Positions 40,590-52,712 of a stretch of DNA of 64,000 nucleotides are shown piece by piece; positions within the stretch are counted from its first letter, which is position 1, and each line of letters opens with the position of its first letter. The stretch comes from Takakia lepidozioides (lineage: Eukaryota > Plantae > Bryophyta): positions 8,370,001 through 8,434,000 of the forward strand of contig CM060732.1 in assembly GCA_030704615.1 (NCBI GenBank). The letters run 5' to 3'. The notes below the pieces were generated by a model, which worked only from the letters and a program-made list of their open reading frames with translations, did not search any database and was not told where the DNA came from. Position numbers and translations under genes: made by a program.

Positions 40590-41960
40590 TACGGCGGTTC
40601 CTGAGGGCTTACAGGAATTGCTTTGCCTTCAGTTTGAAGGACTTGGGAGCACTGAAGGGTCAAGAGATCCGTATTGAGGGCCACTGACACGCCAATCTTT
40701 CGGAGACCCTATAGATACAGTGACATGGAGAGGTCTTTGATTCAGATGAGGACTCAAGATCTCTGGGAGGCAGGTTTGGTGGAGCTCTCTGGTGGAGAGT
40801 ATGCTTCAGCCACAGTGATGCCAGCCAAGAAGGATGTCTATGGCAATTGGACGGAGAGACGTATGTGCGGTGATTACCGGCCTGTAAATCGTCAGACCAA
40901 GTCCGATAAGTATGCCATGCCAACACCAGAGGAGATCTTTGATGCCATCGGGCATGCTAAGGCCTTTAGCACTTTGGATTTACGATCCGGATATCACCAG
41001 TCCAATCAAGGAGGCGGACAAGCAGAAGACGGCATTCTGGGGGATCAATGAGCACGGCAAGGATTGCCTATATCAGTGGCGGTTCTTACCATTTGGGCTT
41101 AAGAATGCTCCTGCAGAGTTTCAGAGAGTCATGGATAGGATTCTAGCAGGGGTGGACTTTGCTCGGTGCTACATAGATGACATCATCATCTTTAGTGTTA
41201 CGATGGAGGAGCATGAGAGACACCTTCAGGTGGTATTGGAGCGCTTGAGAGCGCACGGATTGAAGTTGCATCCGGGGAAGTGCAAGTTTTTCCACAACCA
41301 GATTGAGTATCTGGGTCACATGATATATCCTGGAGGATTGGGGGTACAGCAGACTAAGGTAGAGGCCATTGCACAAATTCCACGCCCCACGGATGTGAGC
41401 CGAGTTCGAGCTTTCATGGGGTTGGCAAACTATTATAGACGGTTTGTCAAGGGATTTAGTACCATTGCAAAGGCTCTAACCAAGCTGACCAAGGTGGACC
41501 AGGAGTGGCAGTGGGAAGATGAGCAGGAACGAGCTTTTCAAGAGCTCAAGGCGAGGTTGACCTCGGCGCCTATCTTGAGACGACCTATCAGGGGGCGTCC
41601 CTTTCAGCTGCATACGGATTGGAGCATGCTGGGGCTTGGAGCGGTGCTCACACAGGTGGATGATGAGGGAAGAGAGTTCGTAGTGGCTTACGCTAGCCGC
41701 TCGAACAACGCTGCAGAGGCTAAGTACAGCTCATATGAGGGAGAGTGCTTAGCTGCAGTGTGGGCCGTGGCACACTTCAGGTGCTATCTATACGGCAATC
41801 TTTTCACCCTTGTCACGGATCACCAGCCACTCAAGTGGTTGATGGAGTCAGACAAGCTTACGGGGAAGCTTGCACGGTGGCACTTATACTCCAGGAGTAT
41901 GACTTTCAGGTTGTGCATCGACCGGGTTTGGTCAATCGGGATGCGGATGGATTGAGTCGC
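40590..41960 (+). CDS. pol: Reverse transcriptase and RNase H
   Basis: RMCGDYRPVN, FSTLDLRSGYHQ, LPFGLKNAPAEFQR, YIDD (~41170). RNase H: LHTDWS, ECLAAVWAV, VTDHQPL, ADGLSR. Confidence 0.95.
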
Positions 41961-42339
41961 AATCCATGCATGAGCCAGCAGGATGACACTGGAGCTCGGT
42001 GGCATGGTGAGACGGACGAGGAGATGGTGCCGGGATGGCACGCATCTGCATTTTTGTGTATCTTGGCATCGGGAGGTCAGATTGGACCTACAACAGGGAT
42101 GACTGTAGACGGAGTGTCTGAGGACCCTGAGGCTAGTGATGAGCTAGGTGGTGCCAGAGATATACATGAGGATTCGGCTGTGTTGGACTACCTCCGCACG
42201 GGAGACACGGCAGCCATTGTGACTGCCAGGGAGAGGGATCGGATCCTGCAACGAGCCAAGAGGTTCAAGTGGGAGGGGATACACCTACTTCGAGTGTGGG
42301 AGGATGGTCGGGTGAGGATTGTGCCTCACCCCACACAGC

Positions 42340-43400
42340 GTGCACGGTTAGTGCGGCATGCCCATGAGGAGTTGGGGCATTTTGGAGTGCGACGCACTCA
42401 CAGTTTACTGCAGGGGCAGTATTGGTGGCGTGGTGCATACAGAGGTGCAACAGTTTGTGGCTAGGTGCATGGTGTGTGACAGGGTGCGTGCTTCATTTAA
42501 ACGCCCCTACACCACAGTTGCATCCTTTACCTATCATGGGATTGGGCTACAGGTGGAGTCTTGACTTCGCAGGACCGTTGCCACTGACTATGCGCCACCA
42601 CAGATATGTGTTGGTGATGGTGGAGCACTTCTCCAAGTGGATTGAGTTGGTTCCATTGCCTGACAAGGCTAGTGAGGGGGCTGCGTATGCATTCTTGGAT
42701 CGTGTGCTTAGCCGATTTGGTGCTCCAGCTGAGGTACTCACGGACCAAGGGAGAGTTCTTGGGGGAGTTTCAGGCTTTGTGTGATAAAGCCTTGATAGAC
42801 CACCGCACCACTTCTCGGGATCATCCTGAGGCCGATGGCTTAGCAGAGAGAGTTGTTCAGACGGTGAAGAGGGGTTTGCGCAAGTATGGCTTGCAGAAGG
42901 GACACCTAGGAGATTGGGATCTTCAGGTTCCTTGGTTAGCCATGGGCTACAGGTTCAGCAAACAAGCATCACTTGCCTCCTTCTCACCATATTTCCTTCT
43001 CTTTGGCCGAGAGCCGGATTTGCCTGCAGCCATTCGTAGGGACACTGCTCAAGTCCTTAACCTTGACGATCCGGACGTGTGGGTACGTGCATGTGATCAG
43101 CGTGCAGAGTTGTTCAAGAAAGTCATGCCCATGGCTTTTGAGAACCTTGCCATTGCACAGCACCGTGATACGTTGAGGTATGCCACTATACGTGGTGGAG
43201 GATATCGTCCTGGGGTTCGGAGGTTTAGCCCTGGTGACTATGTTTATTTGCAGCAGACTGCTCCTACGACTCTGGATGTTACTGCAGGGCGTGTTATTCT
43301 GAGGGTTCGAGAGGTGTTGCCCTCAGGGGTCCTGATCTTGAGGGTCGGGATGGCATGACTTGGAAGGACCATGTGCGTAATTGTGCGCCATGTCACCTTC
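42340..43400 (+). CDS. DDE integrase
   Basis: HEELGHFG...CMVC zinc finger; WSLDFAGP, LTDQG, ADGLAERVV; FSPYFLLFGREP. Confidence 0.93.
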
Positions 43401-43454
43401 CCAATCGATGGCAGAGTTGACCCAAACTTGGCAGTGGTACCTGCAGGTTTGAGG

Positions 43455-43589
43455 TGCATGCTCTGTGGGTCTGCCAAAGGGGCAGCCACCATGCTGGTGT
43501 GTGATCGATGCTCAAGGGGTTGGCATATGGGATGCTTGACACCACCTCTTGAGAAGGTTCCTGACGGAGATTGGTTGTGTCCACACTGC
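43455..43589 (+). CDS. PHD finger at the integrase C-terminus (stop at 43650-43652)
   Basis: CMLC...MLVCDRCSRGWHMGCLTPPLEKVPDGDWLCPHC, a C4HC3 pattern. Confidence 0.93.
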
Positions 43590-43857
43590 TGGGATAGTGG
43601 CAGTGGACATGACTGGAGGCAGCTAACAAGACATGGGAGGCCAAGCTCATAGGAGTCAATACATGAGATCCCAAGCTCAAGTTCACAGGTTGCAAGACGG
43701 CGACTAACGATGGGGCAACTCTTGCACCCGGCCTCTTGATCTATCGAGTTTGAGTGTAGTAGGGATAGTGGTGGAGGACTTAGTGAGGCTATGGTCACTA
43801 TCACATCTTGTGGCTACCTGGACTTAGAGGGACCTAAGCACCAGCTAGGGGGGCGAT

Positions 43858-44558
43858 TGTGTGGACTAGTGACTGCCATAGTGGGCAGCGTAGTGGCAGC
43901 CTAGACTGACTAGTTTGTAGCCTAGTGGTTGGACTAGTGGCTGGACTAGGTAGACTAGTGGTATACTAGTGTGTGGTGTGCACATGTGTTGTGTGGTTTT
44001 GGACAGCGATGTAGTTGTGTAGCGATATGTATGCGCACGACAGCTGTCAAGTTATTTTACCACTAGTGTGAAACTAGCTAGGAAATAGCTAGCTTTTACA
44101 TATTGACATTTGGGATTGGCCCAAGTGTCAATCCAGGGGTCAAGGCAGATTTAGGCCCTGGAGTGGTTATCTTCACGGCAAGCGCGGGAGGCTCATCTTT
44201 CTCGAGTTGAGCCTCACCGCGCCTAGCTATGGCGCCGTAGTGTGGATTCCCCATGGCGTGGGGTGCACTTGGCTTGACTTGTATTTGAGTGATGAGGTTA
44301 TATATGCATGAGTTTATGCTTCAGCTTTGTGAGCTCGCATGAGCTTGTGCTTGTATTCTTCTTCTTTATCATTGTGGACTAGTGACTGCCATAGTGGGCA
44401 GCGTAGTGGCAGCCTAGTGACTGACTAGTTGTAGCCTAGTGGTTGGACTAGTGGCTGGACTAGTGGTAGACTAGTGGTATACTAGTGTGTGGTGTGCACA
44501 TGTGTTGTGTGGTTTTGGACAGCGATGTAGTTGTGTAGCGATATGTATGCGCACGACA
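43858..44558 (+). repeat. 3' terminal structure: ~185-bp direct repeat (43858-44042), 330-bp spacer, direct repeat (44373-44558)
   Basis: Both units start tgt(g)tggactag, contain ctagtgg microrepeats and end gcgcacgaca. Confidence 0.9.
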
Positions 44559-45329
44559 TCCCCGACGTGCTCCATCGCAGGCACATAGAGGTCGTCCTCA
44601 TCGTCATCATCAATTGCATATCTCCGTGTGGGGGGGGGGGCATGGACTCTATTGTTCCACTGCGTCTTGGGGGACCAGAGGGGCGGGCTGGTGGCTGTCG
44701 TCTTGCACGCTTTGGCTTCTCTCCCACAATCCTACATTGGACGCCCCATGGAAGGTGTTGTAAGCCCTAAACCAACCAGTAGTTCCCTGAGTGTAACATG
44801 ACAAAGAAAACATGATGGAGGAGATGACGAACTAATGCACCCCTCAACCCTAAAAGTGTAGCCACTTTCACGACCCGCAACATGCGGCGATCTCCCGCCC
44901 ACTCCACCATGTGAGCACAACCTACACTGCTCTCGCACTCATCTCATCTTCTTCATGGTTTCTTAGGAACTCACAAAGCTACCTACATTGCATGAAATCA
45001 AGCTCCGCAAGCTACAAACCTCTGCGGAAAGAGTGACTTTGATAGTTCAAAAGTGAACTCATTGTGCTATGTCTGTCAACAGCTCCGCTTCAACCAGCTT
45101 GATGCGAGCAATGTTAGCTTCTCTTAGCCTCTCATAGTCGGTAATGGGTGCAGTGGCCGCATGCTTGACCATCGCATGAGCACATCGCCTCCCTAAACGC
45201 AGCACGACGATCAAGATGTACAGAGGGGGGGGGGGCGAGTGTGACAGGGGATAGGCGGAGAATGAGTTTGTGAGACCACAACCTGTGGAGGTTTGAGGAC
45301 ACCTACGCCACAACAAACAACCTGAAGAA

Positions 45330-46925
45330 AATGTTGTGTAGTTGCTCAGAGTGCCATGGTGGCAAGTGGCAGCTACGCAAGACAGTAAAGAATCACCTCC
45401 TCTTGCATCGTCGGGACCCGAACCTGAGGTACTCTATAGTTCCAGTACGCACTCCATACTTACTCCACATGCACTTCTGACCTGATGTCTCATTTTTTGA
45501 AATCACCGCCAGTCAGGAGCGCCATGATTGCCTAACAAAACACGTGTCTCACATATGTTGGCTGTGGGGCCGTGGGTAGTCATGGCCGTGACTACACTTT
45601 ATGCCGTTGGTAGTCCTAAGCACGGCTACACCTGTTCTCACGATCGCGTGACGTGTGTCCTAACCTCCACACATGCACCAAAACACTTCAAGTAAGTAGA
45701 TTAACGGGGGCGTTTCAATCCTAGATTAGTCTAACCTTGCGATTAGGGTTCGACGATGAACCTCAAAGACAACCTTGGATCCGCAAGGATAGGTATTGAT
45801 AATAGCCAAGCGCATTGTTGAACTGCTGAAGTGAATGAATCAAGCACAATTCCAATTTGCAAAAATGGCTTCGTTCCTAAACAATATTTGAACTGGCCCA
45901 AGGCATACCAGCTGACAACATTGACTTGTCATTTCGCGTTTATTGATGTATCTGCACTGCTGAGTCATGCTTCGGTGCTGCAAATTGCAGGCTCACATTA
46001 TGTATGTTGAAGATTTGGACAGGGAGGAAGGACCGTCCAATCCTACACCTGAAACGAGGGGTGTGGGTGAACCTGACCAATAACAACTTTTACAACAAGA
46101 GATGCAACGTGCTTTGCAAGAGGCTTTTGAAACAACTGACAGAATCAGAAGGGACGTGACTTGTCAAACGAATGAAGATGAATTTAGCATTCCCCATGCA
46201 AGCACTGAGGAACCAGGCAATGCCACAAATTCAACTGGGTTGCACGACGGAGGTGGGATGGCGACGGAGGATGAGAGGCAACAATATGAGGGAGACTACG
46301 CCAAAATATTCAGTGAGTCACATATTCCTTTGTATGAAGGGTGTCATCATAGTTGATTGACAGCATCTTTGATGCTGCTGAATTGTTGCACGACCCACAA
46401 GTGTACAAATGCGTTTGTGAATGAGCTCATGTCATTACTGAAGGATTCATTTTTGCCTAAAGAGAATGTGTTACCGAAATCACATTATGAGGCAAAAACA
46501 ATGATCGTCAGGATGGGGCTAGCATACAAACAGATTCATGCCTGCGAACAGGGTTGTGTATTGTTCCGTGGAGAGCTTGAAAAAACGGAGATTTGCCCAA
46601 AGTGCCAAACTGGAAGGTATTTTGCAGGTCGTGGGAAGGTGCCTAAGAAAGTTTTGCGGCACTTCCCTCTCATACCCAGGTTGAAACGAATGTTTAGAGT
46701 GAAATCGGTGGCAGAGCTCATGAGTTGGCATATCAATCACAAAAGCAAGGATGGGCTCGTTCGTCATGCTGCAGACAGCAAAGCCTGGTCGCACATTGAA
46801 AACACTTGGCCGGAGTTCGCATCAGATCCACGAAACCTGCATCTTGGTTTGGCATTGGATGGGGTGAATCCTTATGGCGCAAAATCTACGAGTTGGTCAA
46901 CGTGGCCCATCCTACTACTCTACTT
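45330..46925 (+). mobile_element. CACTA (En/Spm) transposase, 5' part, truncated
   Basis: MLCSCSEC...NHL exon at ~45330. ORF 46357-46947 has IHAC...CVLF...CPKC...LRHFPLIPRL...DSKAW...DPRNLHLGLALDGVNPY...STWP (Transposase_21). Confidence 0.9.
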
Positions 46926-46932
46926 CTACACA

Positions 46933-47595
46933 GGCAGGGATAGCTGAAGGTCTAGATTCATCCAAGAGGACCGGGTTTCAAACATAAGATTACTACTGAT
47001 TCCCTGTGGACCAATGGCTACAAGAAATCTGCATGGGTAGATGGTCAACTGGAAACAGAAGCGGCAGCAGCACAATTGATAGAACAAGGCACTGCTAATG
47101 AAGGCACCTTCAACACATTTCAGCCTATTTTTCCCTGTTATCAGAGTCGTCCTTTAATTTTCATGTTGAATTCTGCAAGTTAGCTGGTTGAGTGAACCTT
47201 TGATAGTTTGGAGTGACTGACATGATACGGCCAATGTGACAACAGGAAAGTATTGAGAAACAGGTAACAGAGACGAGGAGAAGCTGTCATCAATGGTAGG
47301 ACAATCGAGGCAAAAAGGTGAACGCATGTGGGATTACAGAGAATAGCAGATGCAATTGAGCATAGGAACTAGTGTGATAAGCTGAGTTGGGTGTTTCCTA
47401 GAACAAATCTAGGTTGTCATTGTTAGCTGCTAGCAGCAAGGCAAGGATGAATGCATTATTTGTGGAGAGGCAGGATAGCTGAAGGTGCAGGGATAGAGTG
47501 TGGGTCCAGATTCATCCAAGAGGGCCAGATTTCAAGCTCAAGATTACCTATGATTCCCTGTGGATCAATAGCCACAAGAAACCTACATGGCTAAG
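46933..47595. repeat. Dispersed repeat: two local copies (~46933, ~47470) plus one at ~18228
   Basis: Shared gcag(g)gatagctgaagg...agattca(t/c)ccaagagg. Confidence 0.6.
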
Positions 47596-48069
47596 TGAAT
47601 ATTTCTTCCGCCCTGATGATATCAACGTACTCAGAGCTAGGTGAAGAGACCCGAGCACCGACAACTGCAAGAACACCAGAAACCAACGGCGAAGTGGTTC
47701 TGTCGTCAACCAGCACAAGTACTCCCAAAGAGGCTCGTTCCACAGGCGAAGCAGACATGAGCAAGCCTTCAACCGTCTATGAATTGAGACCAGGCACTGG
47801 AACACCCACTACCACTTGATTATCAAAAACAGTATTTAGGTCAGTCAAAGCAACACAAAGCTCGAGCTTCACCAAAATAGAACCATCTTCCTCTCTTTCA
47901 CTGCATTAATCACAGGGAATCACTGAAGCCATTGCGAAGGTTAAGAATGCAAAGAGAGCAAAAGCAAAGTTCAACGAATGCTTGAAGCGCCGCCGTTGTA
48001 ACTTGAAATCAACCAAACGCAGAGCCCACTGTTCGTAAACCTCTGGTGATCAACGTAGAATTTGCTCAG

Positions 48070-49509
48070 TGTCACGGAGATAGCCCAGAGGAACTTACTA
48101 CGAGTAAATACCAGAAGTTACCAAATTATCAAGTTACCAAAAGTTACCATGATTTATCATAAGTTACCATTAGTTATCAAGTTATCGGAAGTAACTACCA
48201 AATTACTGAGAGTAACTCAGGAAACAGCTCAGGAAGCATCCTGGTGGAGGAAGCTTCTCAAGAGACTTCCCTTGGTTGATGAAGCTTCTCAGGAGACTTC
48301 CTTCGGTCGAGGAAGCTTCTCATGAGACTTCCCTTGGTCAAGGAAGCTTCTCAAGAGATTTCCCTTGGCTGGGGAAGCTTCTTATGAAACTTCCTAGTAG
48401 CCAGTATATATAGGAGGCGAGACTAGACACTCTTCAGTCTCGCCAACACAAGTTCAAGCTACTATTGTTTCCAGTCCCAGTACTCCAGTCCAGCTGAGCT
48501 TGGAGCAATTGGCAAGTTTTTCCCAGAGTTTGAGAGCATGGAGTGAAGGTGATCGCACTAGTCCAGTTTCCAGTATCTGGTACTCCAGTCGAGTTTCCAG
48601 CATTCCAGTATTCAAGTCGAATTCCAGTATCTTGTACTCTTATCCATTGTTATAAAATCATCTTGATTATTTTTATCCATCATGCATTCGGCCACGCCGA
48701 CCTTGACTTCTTGTCGAGAGCTCTTATTCTGTCAGTTACCAACGCAATTCCATCAGTGCCGAAGGTCAACGAAGGTGAACAAGAACATTTCAATCTGCCC
48801 AACGAACCTGCCCGTAAAAAAATAAAGTTTAGAGTTTGAAATTGAATAAAAGATCACGTTCCAAAAAACGAAAAGTACCTTGTACAAGGACAGAAGAGCT
48901 ACCTTCGTTCAACTTAGGTCCAACAAATATATATATTTTTCACCAGCATCATTGGACATTTCCGTAGCATACGATAATCCAAGCTAGAGATTAAAACAGC
49001 TAAAAAACATGCAAAATTCTTCCACATTAGAAGTCCATATCTCATGTTGGTTTTTTTTTTTTTTTTTTTTTTTTCCCCAACATTCATTTATTTCGTTTTT
49101 ACCTTTATGTTCTCCCGCTCAGCCTCCACCTTCGGCAGCCAAAGGTGCATGTCAGTACAATGTTGGTTTTTTTTTTTTTTTTTTCATTTTTTTTTCGACA
49201 TCCATTTATTTCGATTTTACCTTTATGTTCTTCCGCTCAGCCTCCACCTTCGGCAGCCAAAGGTGGCATGTCAGTACAATTCCGTGTCATTTTTCATTAT
49301 TGTTTCTCACAAATCCAAGCATACAATTACGGGCAGCCTGAGAAAAAATTATATGTTGTCATGTGGCCGCCGTTTGCGCATCCACGTCACACTGATGGCT
49401 GATGATTGATGGCTGATAGCTAATAGAATAGCAAACCCCCTTCTTGTCTAGTCTTGTACCTCTAAGTCTGATCTCTTGTTTGTATTCAGTCATGCCCTCG
49501 TCCTTGACA
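48070..49509 (+). mobile_element. 5' LTR of a second Ty3/gypsy family, interrupted by a MULE-like insertion
   Basis: tgtcacgga...tccttgaca termini, internal gaagcttctc tandem repeats, a TATA-like tatatata, and gag starting at 49548. Confidence 0.75.
48716..49439. mobile_element. Non-autonomous MULE-like element, copy 2
   Basis: 9-bp TSD cttcttgtc (48707-48715, 49440-49448), G...C termini and imperfect TIRs. Confidence 0.8.
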
Positions 49510-49547
49510 GTTTGGCGAGACTGAAGGTTGTTCTTTAGTTAATTAAG

Positions 49548-52500
49548 ATGGAAGGCACATTTGCGGAACTGGTCTCCACCTTGCAGAGTCTCCAGCTCCA
49601 GATGCAAGAACTTCGTACCTCTAATGCCCAACTACAAGCTAATCAGTCTCAAGATCTTGACAACGCTCTCAACAATTGGCAACAACAAATTTCAGAGTTG
49701 AAGGAGTCGAACAATGGATCTTCAACCATACGAGTCCCTACTGCAACAACTCCTACTGCAACGGTTCCTCCAAATCTTCAACAGATTACAAGGGTACCAA
49801 AGATCAGCATGCCTGAGAAATTTGATAGCACGAAATCAAGATTTTGCGATTTTGTTCAACAAGTACGATTGTTCCTACGACTACATCCACAACGCTACCC
49901 CGATCAAGGTATTCAAGTGGGATTCGTGGGCACCCTTCTATCAGGCACTGCCCTATCTTAGTTTGCATCGCTATTAGAAAAAATTTCACATTTAATATAC
50001 AATTTTGAAGCGTTCTTGTTCGAGTTCACTGCAACGTTTGGAGAGAATGATAGAGAGAGAGTTGCAGAGACAAAGATGCGAAATCTTCGACAATGAGCAT
50101 GTCCTGCTTCCGTTTATTCTGCCGAATTTCGACAACTTGCGTGCGACCTCGATTGGAATGAGAAGAGTCTCATTAGTGGGCTAAAAGATGATGTAAAAGA
50201 TTTGTTGCTGACAATGTCAAACGTGAGTACACTGAGCGAATTCATCATTCAAGTCATTGCATGCGATAATCGCTTGTTCGAAAGACGTCAAGAGAAGTAC
50301 CGGAACTGTGAAGCAATGTGCAGGGTCTGAAGGTAGAAAGAGACATTTTTTTGGTGAGGAATTTGTGGTGTCCAGCCACATGGTCTCTACTGTGACTGGA
50401 CATCTTCGTTTTTCGACCCTATAGTATCCAAGACTCAGCCTGGAATTTTGTGTAGTTCTCATTCACAATTTGCTCTTCTTCTTCGTAATAGAGACATAAT
50501 CCATTCGAGCGTCGTCTTTGTTTTTCTTGTGGTGTCAATGGCTTGAATCGGACAACATCAATCTGCATAGGATCACTACCGGATGTCTGATGGATTGTTG
50601 TGTGAAACACTTTTGGACTCAGGGGCTTCAGCACGTTTTATTGATAAAAACTTTGCGAAACAACACAATTTAACGCTCGTAAAGAAGAAATTTTTGGCCC
50701 CCGTTGAACTCATCGATGGACGATCGTTAGCATCAGGAAACGTTGACCATGAAACTCGACCCCTTGAAGTGAAGCTTAAAAATCAAGCATCACAAATTGT
50801 TTTCAACGTCATCCAGTCTCCAACGAATCATGTGATCCTTGGACTTCCCTGGTTTGTACTTCATAATCCTGACATCGATTGGCGATCGTGAAAAATTTCG
50901 GCAAGACAAAAATGCAAAAGTACCAAGGGTATCCAACCCATGTTTCTTGGAGCTAGAGCCTTCATGAGAGCTACAAAGAAAGACACGACATTTGCATTTT
51001 ATGCGACTCCGATCAACACCACAACAGACCAAGGTACTTTGACATTACCCACTCAATATCAAGATTTTAAGGATGTCTTCGAGAAGAAAAATGCAGACAT
51101 ATTGCCAGAACATTGACCTTATGATTGTGCAATCGAGTTGCAATAAGGAGCCCAACCACCATTTGGCCTAATCTACAATTTATCTCAGACGGAGTTGGCT
51201 GCTTTACGCGAATACATTGATGAAAATTTGTCAAAGAATTTCATTCGACATTCAAAATCACCCGCGGGAGCACATATCTTATTTGTGAAGAAGAAGGACG
51301 GATCGTTACACATGTGTGTAGATTATTGTGGGCTCAACAAAGTCACTATAAAAAATCGTTACCTACTACCACTGATTTCCGGACTCCTCGAACAACTTGG
51401 ACGAGCAAATTTTTTCACAAAGATCGACTTGAGATGAGCTTACAACCTTGTACGAATAAAAGAAGGAGACAAATGGAAGACAACTTTTCGCACAAGGTAC
51501 AAACATTTCGAATACAGTATTATGCCTTTCGGTCTTACAAATGCTCCAGCAATTTTCCAACATATAATAAATGACATCTTTCGAGAATTTTTAGATGACT
51601 TTGTAGTCGTCTACTTAGACGACATTTTGATATTTTCACAGAATGAAAGAAAACATGGTCGCCATGTACGCCTTGTCCTTGATAAATTGAGGGAAATAGG
51701 GTCATATGCCAAGTTGGCTTTTCCATCAATCTGAAGTCCAATTTTTGGGCTACATTATTTCCGATAAATGAGTCTTTATGGATCAGAAGAAAATACAAAC
51801 CATCATCGAGTGGACTAAACCAACTTCGGTCCGAGATGTACAATGTTCTCTGGGGTTTGCAAATTTCTATAGAATCTTCATCAATGACTACTCCAAAATT
51901 GTTGCACCATTGACACGACTCACATGGAAAAACAAACTTGTATGGGACGAGAAGGCTGACCAGACATTTGAAAGGCTGAAGTAGGCATTTACAACGGCTC
52001 CAATTCTGGTACAAGAATGGGCTCTGGGAGCTGAGGTTATATGGACAATATTATGGATTTGAAGAAAAGGAGCATGTATGACTACAAGGTCACTGTCTAC
52101 ACCGATCACAAAAACCTCGAGTATTTTATGAGTGCTCGTGTTTTGAATCGACGTCAAGCAAGATGAAGTATGTCACAACAAGATTTGATTTTGTTATTAC
52201 CTACCGCCTCGGACATCTTCAAGGAAAACCAAATGCTCTTTCTCGACGATCGGATCTTGCGCCAAAAGAAGGGGATGCAACTTTCGACCAATAGAAATCC
52301 ATCATCTTGAAACCAATAAATCTCCAATTGAATACGGTATCCATGTTCACCTATGACGATGCAACGATCATCAGGGAGATTCAGGAAGCACTGAAGAGCG
52401 ACCAATTTGCTACGACACTACGAAGTCAACTAAATCGACCTCGAGACAACCCACATGTTACAAACGACTTCGAATTTAAAGACGGTTTGCTTTATTTCAA

Positions 52501-52712
52501 GGGACTTCTCTATGTACCTCCGGGACGTACACAACTCCGGATTCTTCAAACACATCATGATTTTTCGGCTGCGGGACATTTTGGCCTCAATAAAACAATG
52601 GAATTGATATCCAGGGACTATTGGTGATCGCAAAATGTGGAAACTAGTGAAATAATTTATAAAATCTTGCGACACGTGTGCTAGAGTGAAGGGACCACGA
52701 CATCGAAGACAT
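49548..52712 (+). mobile_element. Degenerate chromovirus-like Ty3/gypsy gag-pol with many stops, truncated in the integrase Zn finger
   Basis: [61 protein letters not shown]...CDTC. Confidence 0.92.

Larger units (their letters stand above)
36525..44558 (+). mobile_element. Ty3/gypsy retrotransposon encoding Gag-PR-DNA methyltransferase-RT-RNaseH-IN-PHD (copy 1, near full length, many small frameshifts)
   Basis: All domains are colinear on the + strand (see sub-features). A PPT-like aggggggcga lies at 43847-43856 before a TG...CA terminal unit. Confidence 0.93.
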
